A stretch of DNA of 64,000 nucleotides, taken from an uncultured bacterium (GTDB lineage: Bacteria; Patescibacteriota; Minisyncoccia; Phycocordibacterales; Phycocordibacteraceae). This document shows positions 30,323 through 40,378 of this stretch, piece by piece (position 1 is the stretch's first letter; each line of letters starts with the position of its first letter). The stretch lies in NCBI GenBank assembly GCA_963851445.1, contig CAWKPH010000001.1, forward strand, positions 553,363 to 617,362, read 5' to 3'. The notes beneath the pieces were generated by a model. It was not told the DNA's origin and did not search any database. It saw only the letters and a program-made list of their open reading frames with translations. Made by a program: the position numbers and the translations under genes.

Positions 30323-30556
30323 TTACGAAGTCACTGTGTGTGCCGGAAGCCAGTCCATGACCTTTTTACGATGAAGATCTATCGACCACAGATCACCCTG
30401 TTTGAAGAGAGATTCATGAGAACCTTTGAACTCGCGTAGTAGTCCTGAGGTGGCACGAGGAAAACCAATCGGAAGGTTTTGATTATATGCCTTAAGGAAG
30501 TCGGGGAGTGAGACAGGGACTTCGCTTATGCGAGACTTTTCAGCGTATTTGCTCAT
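30323..30556 (-). CDS. Small hypothetical protein
   Basis: ORF with upstream TGTTATTAT -10-like element; WSIDLHRKKVMDWL. Confidence 0.6.
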   Translation of the reverse strand: MSKYAEKSRISEVPVSLPDFLKAYNQNLPIGFPRATSGLLREFKGSHESLFKQGDLWSIDLHRKKVMDWLPAHTVTS

Positions 30557-30690
30557 GCAAACTATAATAACACAAATTGACGCATATATCAAATTCTCCC
30601 AAAGACAGTAGTCTAAATAATTCCTAAGGATACTTAGAGCAAAATGCCGCCCATAATCAGAACTTGTTGCTTCGTATAGTGGTGCATAGA

Positions 30691-31074
30691 TTATTTTTGA
30701 TCATAATCATAGAAAACAGCCTCGATGTTGTGACCATCCGCGTCGTACACGAATGCGCCGTAGTATCCAGGCCAATAGCCCTTACGGTATCCAGGAGCGC
30801 CATTATCCTTTGCGCCAGCTTCGATTGCTGCTTCGTAAAATTTCTCAACCTGCGCTCTGTCCTTTGCACTAAATGCTATATGAAGTGGAACGACTCCCTT
30901 CTCATTTACTCCGATCCAGAAGTCCGTGTTCTTACCATCATTAAAACCAGCTGCTTCGCCGAACTCCATGTTCTGGGTATATCCGAGCGTTGCGAGAACT
31001 TTTGTATAGAAATTTTTCGCTTTGTGATAATCGCTGACGGGAAGACTGGTGTGCGCTATCATGTAGTTTGGCAT
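30691..31074 (-). CDS. VOC/glyoxalase family protein
   Basis: HTSLPVSD...FY, HIAF, GAKDNGAPG, YYGAFVYDADGHNIEAV. Confidence 0.92.
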   Translation of the reverse strand: MPNYMIAHTSLPVSDYHKAKNFYTKVLATLGYTQNMEFGEAAGFNDGKNTDFWIGVNEKGVVPLHIAFSAKDRAQVEKFYEAAIEAGAKDNGAPGYRKGYWPGYYGAFVYDADGHNIEAVFYDYDQK

Positions 31075-31191
31075 TACGATTAGAATATTGTTGAATTATA
31101 TATCAGTATCCATCATGAAAGTGGCATGCTGAGAAATAGCATCAATATACCATTGGACAATTGCCCCCAAATGTACTATTTTTCATAGATA

Positions 31192-31932
31192 ATGAAAACA
31201 CTACAAGTCGTACTAGTTCTCATAGCGGTTATCGTTGTTGCTGGTGGCATGTACTACTTTTTTGTTCGAAGTATGCCAGCTGTTTCTCAGAGCAGCTTCG
31301 CATCCTCAACTTCACAAACGGCCTCAAGTACCGCCTCTTCTACGTCAGGTACTCCAAATCCTACTGTAAGCAGTACTGTTGCAGGTATGAGTGAATATAG
31401 CGATTTGACCTACGGTTTCACATTCTGGTATCCAAGCGCCCTTCAGGTGGTCCCATCTACTACCGATGACAGTGCTAGTTTCCCCGGCGGTACCGAAGTA
31501 GAAAAGCTACAGGTTGGTCCTGAAGGAGCCATTACTATTGCCGTTGTGAATTCTCCAGCGAGCACAATAACTGATGAACCATTTAATCATGCAAGCCCTA
31601 TACCCCAGACAAAATATTTCTACGATGAGATGACAGGGAAGTTGATGGTTACCTATCCCCAAGGCGCAGATGGTGGAAATTCCGCTACAACAACAGTAAA
31701 AGTCTCAAAAACCACTATTTCAGGCTTGCCGATGTTGCCAAGCGGACTCCGTTTTGATGCCACCATAATTCCTCTTAGCACAACCCGGTTTCTTGTAATC
31801 AATGATGGGGGAGGGAGCTCATTCACACCAGATCTTGCGGCAACAATTGCACAAACAGGCGCATCCATAAACTCTCTTGCTCTTATGACGGCCGTTCAGG
31901 CAGAAAGGACCGCTTACAATGTGAGTAAGTAA
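31192..31932 (+). CDS. Hypothetical membrane-anchored exported protein
   Basis: N-terminal TM, Ser/Thr linker, YSDLTYGFTFWYP. Confidence 0.7.
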   Translation: MKTLQVVLVLIAVIVVAGGMYYFFVRSMPAVSQSSFASSTSQTASSTASSTSGTPNPTVSSTVAGMSEYSDLTYGFTFWYPSALQVVPSTTDDSASFPGGTEVEKLQVGPEGAITIAVVNSPASTITDEPFNHASPIPQTKYFYDEMTGKLMVTYPQGADGGNSATTTVKVSKTTISGLPMLPSGLRFDATIIPLSTTRFLVINDGGGSSFTPDLAATIAQTGASINSLALMTAVQAERTAYNVSK

Positions 31933-31953
31933 CGGGAATCACCTTAAGGGAAT

Positions 31954-31991
31954 AGAAAAAACCAGCATCAAAACTGATGCTGGTTTTTTCT
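31954..31991. terminator. Bidirectional terminator
   Basis: AGAAAAAACCAGCATCA-aaac-TGATGCTGGTTTTTTCT between convergent genes. Confidence 0.85.
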
Positions 31992-32016
31992 TTATCTACG
32001 TACAACAGAGGCTCAA

Positions 32017-32640
32017 TTACCAGTGGATCGAGTCCCACCAATGGCGTATGTAGGTTATTGGTTTAGTCCAGTAGGTGTAAGTTGGGGGAGCTGTGTAGTT
32101 ATAGGCCGGATATACTGCAGCTGGCTCGTAGTAGCTCTGAGGCTGTGGGTAATAGGTTACTGGCTGCTGATAATAGGTTGGATATTGTGCAGGATAGTAT
32201 TCAGTTTGGCATGTATTTGTGCCGCCAGGACCTGAAACTGACATTGTGAACGTCTCATAGGGATATGCAGTGACATACGCACTTCCTTCAGTGTTTACCT
32301 CACCAAGGCTTGAAATATAGCCTGAGTATGCGCCATATGAAGTCCACGAGAGCGTCCCTTGTACTTGCGATCCGTCATAGGTATTCGGCGTCGTGATGCT
32401 TATGGTACAGGTCGGGAGTTGATACGAATACTGTTGGGGGTAATATCCGTTCGAATATTGCTGTTGATACTCGGATGGATAGTATGTTTGCTCGTAATTA
32501 TAGTCAGGTGCCGTGGAAGAATAATAATCCTGATACCCATTGGGTCCCATGACCTGGGCGTGAGCAGCGAGTGAAGGCACTATAAGCACTGCGAGACTTA
32601 TAAATACTACGGAAATCTTACGTATGCTAAACATAAGCAT
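32017..32640 (-). CDS. Secreted Tyr/Gln/Pro-rich protein with a small Ig-like module
   Basis: Signal peptide, YYPQQY repeats, PTCTI...LSWTS...GPGGTNTC. Confidence 0.7.
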   Translation of the reverse strand: MLMFSIRKISVVFISLAVLIVPSLAAHAQVMGPNGYQDYYSSTAPDYNYEQTYYPSEYQQQYSNGYYPQQYSYQLPTCTISITTPNTYDGSQVQGTLSWTSYGAYSGYISSLGEVNTEGSAYVTAYPYETFTMSVSGPGGTNTCQTEYYPAQYPTYYQQPVTYYPQPQSYYEPAAVYPAYNYTAPPTYTYWTKPITYIRHWWDSIHW

Positions 32641-32720
32641 TGGTTTAAGGCTGATAATCCGAAGACCACCTCTGGCCCTATTTTATAAGAAATTAGCGAA
32701 GAGGCAAATGACATCCTGCA

Positions 32721-33413
32721 CTACATATGAGCCTCAGGTTCTTCAGATTCGATTTGGTTTACGACCTCCTTTGCAACCGCTTCGGGAGTATCTACCATCA
32801 TCCCGGGACGGCCAGCACCTGAGGAATAGGGGGTCCCGAGTGCATTTGCGCCAAAATCAGTTGCAGTCATCTTTGGATGAAAGACACTCACAACAATGCC
32901 ATCTTCAGCAAGTTCCGCTCGGGCGGTAAGTGAAAGTGCGTTAAGCGCATATTTGGTCGAGGAATAGGCTCCAAGACCAGGGTAATAATTCTTCGACACC
33001 ATCGAGCTAATATTCATGATCATCCCATGGCTCTGCTTACGCATAATCGGAATCACCTCTTGCATAGCGCGTAGCACGGCAAACACATTGAGCTCCATAA
33101 TTTCTTCGTACTCATGTAAATCTATTTTGTCGATTGCCGAACGCATGCCTTGCCCTGCATTGTTGACCAAAATATCGATTCGTCCGAATCTTTTTTCAGT
33201 CTCTTCAATGAGGTTATGAATATCTGCAGGTTTTCTCATATCGGTCTGAATTGCAAGCGAATTTGGGATTTCCGATGCGACTTTCTCGATTTTTTCGACA
33301 GAACGAGCTGCTAGCACAACTTTCGCTCCTCGACGTGCAAGTTCATGCGAGAGCGCAAGTCCGATACCACTGGATGCACCTGTTATTATCGCTACTTTGT
33401 CTTTTACTTCCAT
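32721..33413 (-). CDS. SDR family oxidoreductase
   Basis: TGASSGIG, NNAG, YSSTK. Confidence 0.93.
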   Translation of the reverse strand: MEVKDKVAIITGASSGIGLALSHELARRGAKVVLAARSVEKIEKVASEIPNSLAIQTDMRKPADIHNLIEETEKRFGRIDILVNNAGQGMRSAIDKIDLHEYEEIMELNVFAVLRAMQEVIPIMRKQSHGMIMNISSMVSKNYYPGLGAYSSTKYALNALSLTARAELAEDGIVVSVFHPKMTATDFGANALGTPYSSGAGRPGMMVDTPEAVAKEVVNQIESEEPEAHM

Positions 33414-33512
33414 GCCCCATTTTAACATGTTTACTATGTAGCTCGGGTTAAGACTTACGAGTTCAAGATCCACATAACTTAATTGTAAAAGAATGTGCGC
33501 TATACTAACCGC

Positions 33513-34010
33513 GTGAAGAGACGAAAATTTAGATTCTGGCACTTATTGGTAGGAACACTCCTGCTTGTGGCTATTGAATTCCTCGTGCTTCATTTTCTCC
33601 CGGAGACTGCTGCAAGCATCACGCTAGTACTTGTTGTATCGGTTCTAGGTGCGTCTTTCACAATTTATGTTGCCACTGAAGTGATAGAGGAGGTTCGGGG
33701 AGCCTTTCACATGATCGTATTACTTTGCGGGGTCGTATGTGAGTTTGTCGTTTTCTTTGCATTCCAATATCTATTCCTTTTGGTGGTCCAGCCAGCGAGT
33801 TTTCCTACCTTACCTCAAGATCCCTCAAGCCTTTTGCTCCACAGTGTTATGGTTTTTGTCTTCAACCCACTTTATATTCCAGGAACTTCAACCGGGCGAG
33901 TACTCTTACTTATACAAACATTTGCTGCACTCGGACTTGCTTTATTTGTTCTCCAGAATATAAACGAATTTCGCCGTACGTCCCTAGACCACAAAGCACC
34001 TCATGTCTGA
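33513..34010 (+). CDS. Hypothetical integral membrane protein
   Basis: 4-5 hydrophobic segments; TATACT immediately upstream. Confidence 0.6.
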   Translation: MKRRKFRFWHLLVGTLLLVAIEFLVLHFLPETAASITLVLVVSVLGASFTIYVATEVIEEVRGAFHMIVLLCGVVCEFVVFFAFQYLFLLVVQPASFPTLPQDPSSLLLHSVMVFVFNPLYIPGTSTGRVLLLIQTFAALGLALFVLQNINEFRRTSLDHKAPHV

Positions 34011-34053
34011 AAGAGTGAATTTTGTTCCTCTTGGGTTACCTTTTGTAGCAATT

Positions 34054-34611
34054 TCAGTCTCGTAATTTCTTTGCAAAATGTTGCCAATCAGGCCACTCCC
34101 ATGTGCCACCCCAGTCCCAGCCTCGTGAGGTAAATAGAGAAACGACTGGTTCGTTAACGTGGAAGCTGCCCGGAACCTGTGGATCATGGGTAGCGTCACG
34201 CGGAAGAGTGGTGCCATCACGCAAAAACTGAGGGTTTAGTAAGGGGTTGATATCTATTGCTAGTCCATATGAATGATTTGAGAGTCTATCGGTGTTATAA
34301 ATCAGCCGGTAATTAAAGGCCGAAGTATTATTCTCTCGCATGGATGCATCATCATCCCAATCATAGTGAACTACCGGTATCGCGTGGGTAATAGGAAATC
34401 GAAGCGCACATATTTCTTTAAATATCTCCTGAACCTCTTGAGCAACTTCCTCGTGAAGGATAATCTGCCCTCGATGAAGCAAGTTGTCGAAGGATATATA
34501 TTCTACATCAATGATAGATAGAGTAGTTCTGATTTCAACGGGAATTGTAAGCTTTCCAAGCCCTTCCTCCAGATTTAATGAGCTGTCGATAATTAGTGGA
34601 GTGTTTTCCAT
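34054..34611 (-). CDS. M15-family (VanY-like) metallopeptidase
   Basis: NNTSAFNYR, SNHSYGLAIDINP, WGGTW...DWQHF. Confidence 0.9.
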   Translation of the reverse strand: MENTPLIIDSSLNLEEGLGKLTIPVEIRTTLSIIDVEYISFDNLLHRGQIILHEEVAQEVQEIFKEICALRFPITHAIPVVHYDWDDDASMRENNTSAFNYRLIYNTDRLSNHSYGLAIDINPLLNPQFLRDGTTLPRDATHDPQVPGSFHVNEPVVSLFTSRGWDWGGTWEWPDWQHFAKKLRD

Positions 34612-34707
34612 ATGGGATAGTATAGCCCCCTGTATTTATGAGCTTCGCCTGGTAGTTTGAAATTACTATTTCCCTATAGAGAAATTTTAAGATAGAGTAT
34701 CACAATC

Positions 34708-35682
34708 ATGGTGTCTTCAAAAGAAGAAACAAGCTCTCCAGCTCTCAAAATAGAACATTTACAGAAAGTATATGTTGGAGGTGGGGACGGAGGAATGACC
34801 AAGGGGACTACACATGAGGCCCTGAAGGATGTGTCGCTTACAGTTTCAAGTGGCGAATTTTTTGCGTTACTAGGTCCTAACGGCGCGGGTAAATCAACAC
34901 TCATTGGTATCCTTGCTGGCCTCGTGGTGAAAACAAGCGGGAGCGCCGAAGTTTGTGGTATTTCCATAGACTCCAATCCCGAGAAAGCGAAATCCTATAT
35001 TGGACTGGTGCCCCAGGAGTTTAATCTGAATTGGTTTGAGACATCCTTGGAGATCGTTGTAAATCAGGCAGGATATTACGGCATTCCTAGACACAAAGTA
35101 ATGCCAAGAGCAGAGGAGCTTCTAAAGAATCTAGGTCTTTGGGAGAAACGAAATGATCAATCACGCACACTCTCAGGGGGAATGAAGCGCAGGCTTATGA
35201 TTGCGCGCGCGCTCATTCATGAGCCGAGAGTACTCCTTCTTGATGAACCAACCGCAGGGGTTGATGTGGAGCTTCGACGAGAAATGTGGATTTTTTTGCG
35301 AGAGCTTAATAAAAATGGTACAACCATCATCCTTACGACGCACTATCTCGAGGAGGCAGAACAGCTTTGCCGAGAAGTAGCTATTATTCACCATGGAGAG
35401 ATTATCAAGAAGGGAACCGTAAAATCTCTTCTCACGAGTTTAAACTTTGTGACGCTTCTTCTTGACACTGCTGCGCCTGTGCAACCGTCCACGATGACCC
35501 TTCTCAGAGAGTTTCCTCTCACCAAGGTTGACGATATAACCCTTGAGCTGAAACTTATGCCAGGGCAAACGGTTAATGAAGCAATGCGCAAGCTCACGGC
35601 AGTCGGAGTACAGGTACTCAATATTCGAAACACAGGTAGCCGCCTCGAAGAGGTGTTCATTAATATGATAGGAGAAAAATAG
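34708..35682 (+). CDS. ABC-2 transporter ATP-binding protein (YadG-like)
   Basis: GPNGAGKST, LSGGMKRRL, LDEPTAGVD, TTHYLEEAE. Confidence 0.93.
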   Translation: MVSSKEETSSPALKIEHLQKVYVGGGDGGMTKGTTHEALKDVSLTVSSGEFFALLGPNGAGKSTLIGILAGLVVKTSGSAEVCGISIDSNPEKAKSYIGLVPQEFNLNWFETSLEIVVNQAGYYGIPRHKVMPRAEELLKNLGLWEKRNDQSRTLSGGMKRRLMIARALIHEPRVLLLDEPTAGVDVELRREMWIFLRELNKNGTTIILTTHYLEEAEQLCREVAIIHHGEIIKKGTVKSLLTSLNFVTLLLDTAAPVQPSTMTLLREFPLTKVDDITLELKLMPGQTVNEAMRKLTAVGVQVLNIRNTGSRLEEVFINMIGEK

Positions 35683-35683
35683 T

Positions 35684-36487
35684 ATGGCTCTCCCAATTTT
35701 CTCAACAATGACCAAGCAACGTGCTCCCATTGTGGTGGGGTATCAGACGATGTTGCGGAAGGAAACGGGGCGCATCTTTCGTATTTGGTCTCAGACACTT
35801 CTACCACCCGTGGTAACAACATCGCTCTATTTCGCTATTTTTGGAACCTTTATTGGCTCTCAAGTGGCTCCCATTGAGGGTTTCTCGTATATTCATTTTA
35901 TTGTCCCTGGCCTAGTAATGATGGCCGTTATTACTAGCTCCTACAGTAATGTGGTTTCGACTTTCTTTGGAGCAAAGATGCAGCGATATTTGGAAGAGCT
36001 TCTCGTGTCACCCTTGCCCAACTGGGTCATTATTGCAGGATTTGTCAGTGGCGGAGTGGTACGCTCGCTACTGGTTGCGGTGTTGGTGCTCATCGTATCG
36101 CTTTTCTTCACTCACCTAATTATTTTTAATGCCCTTATTATTTTTACTGCGGCCTTTTTGACCTCGGTGCTCTTCTCCCTTGCTGGTCTCGTCAACGGTA
36201 TTTATGCAAGATCTTTTGATGGTATTAATATTGTACCTACCTTTGTGCTCACACCACTTACTTACCTTGGAGGTGTGTTTTACTCAGTAAATCGTCTACC
36301 TCCTCTCTTTCGCGACCTCTCGCTTATAAACCCCATTCTCTACATGGTGAATGCATTTCGGTACGGATTTTTGGGAATAACCGATGTATCGCTCGGAATA
36401 AGCTTTGCGGTAATGGGGGCTTTTATTGCCGCACTTCTTATGCTTTCCCTCTGGCTTTTTAAAAAGGGAAATGGTCTCAAAAGTTAG
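35684..36487 (+). CDS. ABC-2 transporter permease (YadH-like)
   Basis: RIWSQTLLPP, FIVPGLVMM, PLTYLGGVFYS, NPILYMVNAFRYGF. Confidence 0.93.
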   Translation: MALPIFSTMTKQRAPIVVGYQTMLRKETGRIFRIWSQTLLPPVVTTSLYFAIFGTFIGSQVAPIEGFSYIHFIVPGLVMMAVITSSYSNVVSTFFGAKMQRYLEELLVSPLPNWVIIAGFVSGGVVRSLLVAVLVLIVSLFFTHLIIFNALIIFTAAFLTSVLFSLAGLVNGIYARSFDGINIVPTFVLTPLTYLGGVFYSVNRLPPLFRDLSLINPILYMVNAFRYGFLGITDVSLGISFAVMGAFIAALLMLSLWLFKKGNGLKS

Positions 36488-36543
36488 TGGTATTTAGTCA
36501 AGCCACTAGATGAAGCTAGAGCCCCCTTTGGTATACTGATTCC

Positions 36544-36855
36544 ATGAAATACACACTCATCATGTACACCTTCAAAGGGGATTCGGAAGCAGATTGGCAT
36601 AACGAAATAGCTCAGTTTGTTGAAGCCTTGAACACTGACCCAGATCTTAGTGGAAAAATATCCTATCGTGCCATGAAAACCCGTGGAGGCTCAGACTACT
36701 ACCATCTTGCTATAGCAACAGATGACGAAGCTGCCAAACTTCTCCAGAGCAAAGAGTTCTTCTCACGCTATACGGCACAGAATAGAATCGCATCAGGTGG
36801 AGAAACGAAAGCCACCCCACTTGAGATTGTTGCTGAGACTTCATACCAACCTTAA
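36544..36855 (+). CDS. Hypothetical protein (possible dimeric alpha/beta barrel)
   Basis: 103-aa ORF with TGGTATACT 6 nt upstream of the ATG. Confidence 0.6.
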   Translation: MKYTLIMYTFKGDSEADWHNEIAQFVEALNTDPDLSGKISYRAMKTRGGSDYYHLAIATDDEAAKLLQSKEFFSRYTAQNRIASGGETKATPLEIVAETSYQP

Positions 36856-36900
36856 ACACACTCACCCATTTCTTAGGGAGGTTAGAATCTTTGAGATGCT

Positions 36901-37530
36901 ATGATTCAGACATATATGGATAAGCTCGCACTCAACGTTCTTGTTTTGAACGCATCCCTTAAGCACGGACCCGATATTTCAAGTACCGAAGAAGTTACGA
37001 ACCAAGTCCTAAAACATATGCGTGAGCACGCTGCGATAGAGGTGAAAGCAATTAGGCTTTCGGATTCGAATATCCCCGTTGGATTAAAATACAAAGAAAG
37101 CGAGGATGATGAATGGCCTCAAATAGTCGAAGAGATCAAGAAAGCGCATGTGGTTATATTCGCTACACCGATCTGGTGGGGTAATCGCTCAAGTCTTATG
37201 CAGCGCGTGATTGAGCGCATGGACGCCTTCGACGAAGATTATCTCAAGGACGGCCGAAGTGCTCTTTTGAATAAAGTCGCAGGAATTGTCATAACCGGAA
37301 GCGAAGATGGGGCACAGGCTGTCATGGCGGGTCTTATGGAGGCTCTTTCATTCTTTAATTTCACACTTCCCCCACAGTGCTGCACCTATTGGGTGGGAGA
37401 AGTCGGCATGGATCCAAAGACTGATAGCGAACGGCGTAAGAAAAACCTCGCAGTCGATAAGATGGCTGAAACCACAGCAAAGAACCTTTGCCAAGCTGCT
37501 CTTGCCATCAAGGCGAATCCTTTTTCCTAA
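36901..37530 (+). CDS. Flavodoxin / NADPH-dependent FMN reductase family protein
   Basis: NASLK, ATPIWWG, ERMD, KVAGIVITGSEDG. Confidence 0.88.
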   Translation: MIQTYMDKLALNVLVLNASLKHGPDISSTEEVTNQVLKHMREHAAIEVKAIRLSDSNIPVGLKYKESEDDEWPQIVEEIKKAHVVIFATPIWWGNRSSLMQRVIERMDAFDEDYLKDGRSALLNKVAGIVITGSEDGAQAVMAGLMEALSFFNFTLPPQCCTYWVGEVGMDPKTDSERRKKNLAVDKMAETTAKNLCQAALAIKANPFS

Positions 37531-38041
37531 AAAGAGTACGATATTCCTCAAGGAGCTTCAGGAAGCGCTCAATCTCAAGCGGGTTAAGTTTTTCGTGATC
37601 TTGAATTAGTATTTCGGGCACGATTACCGACGGAACGTTAAAGAAGGTAAGCAGTCCCTGTATAACGGCGCGAGTGTGTTGCGCCCCATAGTCTTGATTT
37701 TTTTGGTTACTACTTATGAATCCGATAGTCTTCTGGGTATAAATATCGGATGTCCGTACCATATCGAAGAAGTTCTTGAGTACGCCCGGCATACTTTTAT
37801 AGTAGGTGGGTACAATGAAAAGAAGGACCTCTGCTTCTCGCATTTTTGTTAATTCCGCGTGCTGCTCTGGTGTCGAAGATTCAAACGTAACATATTTTCC
37901 ACTGAAGAAAGTATCGAAAGGGATGAGGGATACAAGCGAGCAGGCCACGTGCTTTTCCTCCGCGACCTCAATACACTTCTTGGCCACTATCCGCGTTGTA
38001 TTCTCTTCACGGATCGAGCCAGAAACAATACAAACTTTCAT
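37508..38041 (-). CDS. NADPH-dependent FMN reductase
   Basis: SGSIRE..T, PTYYKSMPGVLKNFFD. Confidence 0.85.
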   Translation of the reverse strand: MKVCIVSGSIREENTTRIVAKKCIEVAEEKHVACSLVSLIPFDTFFSGKYVTFESSTPEQHAELTKMREAEVLLFIVPTYYKSMPGVLKNFFDMVRTSDIYTQKTIGFISSNQKNQDYGAQHTRAVIQGLLTFFNVPSVIVPEILIQDHEKLNPLEIERFLKLLEEYRTLFRKKDSP

Positions 38042-38221
38042 TTAACCAATTATAGTGACAAGTAAGGGAATTGTCTCTAAATCTTAAACGAGCTCCCAAC
38101 ATCACGTTACTATACCTCTGCTGTTTAATGGGAAGTGAGTATAAAAAGAAAACCACCCCTCCGCAGAAACAAAGACATTATGTCTTCATTTTCGCAGAGA
38201 GGCGATCACTGTCGAGTTGGC

Positions 38222-38479
38222 TCAGGACCCTTCTTCGGTGAAAGATCCGCTGCCGAACCCGCCTGCCCGGACGAGCGTGTAACACATGAGGCCGCCGAGC
38301 ATGAGAATAATTCCTATAAGCATGATGCCGACGGGAACCCATTCAGACGGCGCCTTCATTTTAGGAAGGAACAGCACCAGGATGCCGATGACGTCCAAGA
38401 AAAGACCGATGCCGCCCGCCACGCCGTACGGAACAGAAGCCTTGAAGCGCTTAAGCTCAACAACTTCGGGATCAACCAT
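38222..38479 (-). CDS. Cassette gene: small 2-TM hypothetical protein
   Basis: ATG with GGAG SD; TTGACA at 38545-38540; hairpin plus U-tract downstream. Confidence 0.7.
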   Translation of the reverse strand: MVDPEVVELKRFKASVPYGVAGGIGLFLDVIGILVLFLPKMKAPSEWVPVGIMLIGIILMLGGLMCYTLVRAGGFGSGSFTEEGS

Positions 38480-38631
38480 GATTAAATCTCCAGCTAAGGA
38501 TGGCAAATTCTTTGTTATATAATCATAATAATGAGTAATTGTCAAGTTTAATTTGGGCTCCGCATGATAGAGGACGTTAGAACGTGTTTTGTATAAAAAA
38601 TCGCCGAGCCCCTTTCGGAACACGGCGACAC

Positions 38632-39132
38632 TTATTTCAATAGATCGATATGTTCAACTTTTATGTCGTAGAAGATTTTAAGTAACCCTCTGAAACACAA
38701 AATCATCAACTCCAACCAATCCGAACGCATTATGTAGAAATGCCAGCGTATTGTTAATCTCAACGTCTTATCATCGGTATCACGAGTGACTATACCGAGG
38801 AGATTGCGTTCGAGAGGAGGAAAATGAGTCGTAATACACACTTCCTTTTGTGTACTTGAGTAGGTGCTTTCATTCCGTGCTTCGCGTAAAGCAGCCATAG
38901 CTCGCAGTACCGCCGGATTTTCCTGATCCATGCACTGGAGCACTGTTAAACCCTGTTCTACGTTTCTCCGACATTTCTGCTGGATTCCTTCGAGTATGGC
39001 GTCATGCAAACGAGGCTTGAAGAGTGCCCTAAACGGAATGGCAAAATAGCACCAAATATAAAGAACGATGCCTCCTAACACTGACGTAACAAGAAGCAAT
39101 AGTGGCAACCCGTATTCCTGAATCGGATGCAT
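38632..39132 (-). CDS. Cassette gene: hypothetical protein with N-terminal TM
   Basis: GAGGT SD; terminator hairpin 38601-38628. Confidence 0.7.
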   Translation of the reverse strand: MHPIQEYGLPLLLLVTSVLGGIVLYIWCYFAIPFRALFKPRLHDAILEGIQQKCRRNVEQGLTVLQCMDQENPAVLRAMAALREARNESTYSSTQKEVCITTHFPPLERNLLGIVTRDTDDKTLRLTIRWHFYIMRSDWLELMILCFRGLLKIFYDIKVEHIDLLK

Positions 39133-39238
39133 TCTGCACCTCTAAGGTTCAAATTCAAACTAAATATAACACAGTATTCAGAATTGTCAGCTCCGCCTCG
39201 TGTATGAGGTTAGAACCTGTTTGGTATAAAATACACCA

Positions 39239-39697
39239 ATGACTCCTCCAAAGGTTACCCCTCTCAAACTCGAAACCTACCTGGCTGTCATTAAGAACAG
39301 TGTTGGTACCCGCATGTTCCGCACCTACTACGCCCTCGTCGACGGGAAGCGGAAAGACATCATGCGTCAGGGTGAACTCTCCTGTGCTTTCTTTGTTTCT
39401 TTCATTCTTTCTGGATTCTCTTTAATTGAAGGCATGCACGGAACCGTCGAAGGCACGGTGAAAGATCTCAAAGCCTCTGGTTGGAGACATACAAAAACTA
39501 TTCGAATTGGATGTGTGATTGTATGGGAACCTATAAAAGGAGATAGAGGGGAAGTACATAGGCATATCGGCTTCTATGTGGGAAATGGGAAAGCCATCAG
39601 CAACGACTACAAGAAGGGAATGCCACGTCTCCATCCCTACAAGACTCGGAAGATTACAGGACTCTATTGGAACTCTAAACTAAATAGCTCCGCATGA
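39239..39697 (+). CDS. Cassette gene (inverted): papain-like NlpC/P60/CHAP-like amidase
   Basis: LSCAFFVS...GCVIVW...HIGFYVGNGKAISN Cys-His pattern; stop codon lies inside the 39687 repeat. Confidence 0.65.
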   Translation: MTPPKVTPLKLETYLAVIKNSVGTRMFRTYYALVDGKRKDIMRQGELSCAFFVSFILSGFSLIEGMHGTVEGTVKDLKASGWRHTKTIRIGCVIVWEPIKGDRGEVHRHIGFYVGNGKAISNDYKKGMPRLHPYKTRKITGLYWNSKLNSSA

Positions 39698-39757
39698 TAG
39701 AGGACGTTAGAACCTACGTCTCATGATTTTCTCACGAGAATAAGGTATACTCTGCAT

Positions 39758-39931
39758 ATGTTTATGTTTTCCAAGAAATCACAGAAAAAGAACCTCCAGG
39801 AAGTTACCAAGAAGCAGCTCAAGAAAACCATGCCTGTGATTGAATCACTTCGCGACTACGATGCCGGAAAAAAGGACATTTCAACCCGTACCGCCCAACA
39901 GCGTCTGCCAAACATACGAGTTGCTCCGTAG
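39758..39931 (+). CDS. 57-aa putative antitoxin overlapping the Doc/Fic gene (below ORF-track cutoff)
   Basis: ATG 6 nt after TATACT; MFMFSKKSQKKNLQEV...PNIRVAP*; overlaps the toxin start. Confidence 0.5.
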   Translation: MFMFSKKSQKKNLQEVTKKQLKKTMPVIESLRDYDAGKKDISTRTAQQRLPNIRVAP

Positions 39932-40277
39932 TCAGGGGCTTGTATCGTTTGCACTCACCACTCAAGCGAAAGATAAGGTGGAAGCAATTGTTGCGAACAT
40001 AACCAACACTTACTATGGGCGCGAAATCTACGTAACGGCCGAGGAGAAGTCCGTTGCTTATTTGTATTTCCTCATAAAAGACCATCCTTTTACAGATGGC
40101 AACAAGCGTACTGCCTCACTCGTTTTTAGTATCCTTTGCGAATTAAATGAACTGACTCCACACTTTGGAAACGAAAATCCAACTCTCGATGAGCTTGCTG
40201 TATTCATCGAAAAGATTCAAGAGGAGGATCACCAATCGGTGATTCGACAGATTGCCGTCTTGATATTTGAGACATAG
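39861..40277 (+). CDS. Cassette gene (inverted): Doc/Fic-family toxin
   Basis: HPFTDGNKRTA (Doc-type K in place of G), EEKSVAYLYFLIKDH. Confidence 0.85.
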   Translation: MPEKRTFQPVPPNSVCQTYELLRSQGLVSFALTTQAKDKVEAIVANITNTYYGREIYVTAEEKSVAYLYFLIKDHPFTDGNKRTASLVFSILCELNELTPHFGNENPTLDELAVFIEKIQEEDHQSVIRQIAVLIFET

Positions 40278-40378
40278 GTTATTCGTTTTGCACTATAGAG
40301 GACGTTAGAACTTGTGTATATAAAAAGAAAACCACCTTTCTTAAGGGCAGTTTGTCTGGCTAGGTGATGGAAACAAAC

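Noticed and set aside
38557-38583. Canonical chromosomal dif or pdif site
   Set aside because: Arm spacing is 2 bp shorter than dif, the inner ATAA/TTAT is missing, and all copies are direct rather than alternating as in pdif modules; kept only as a similarity
38480-38623. ORF-track N-terminal extensions of cassette genes (38623, 44481, 46770, 50894, 55725, 56277)
   Set aside because: They run into promoter, leader or repeat DNA; downstream ATGs with clear SD sequences are better starts
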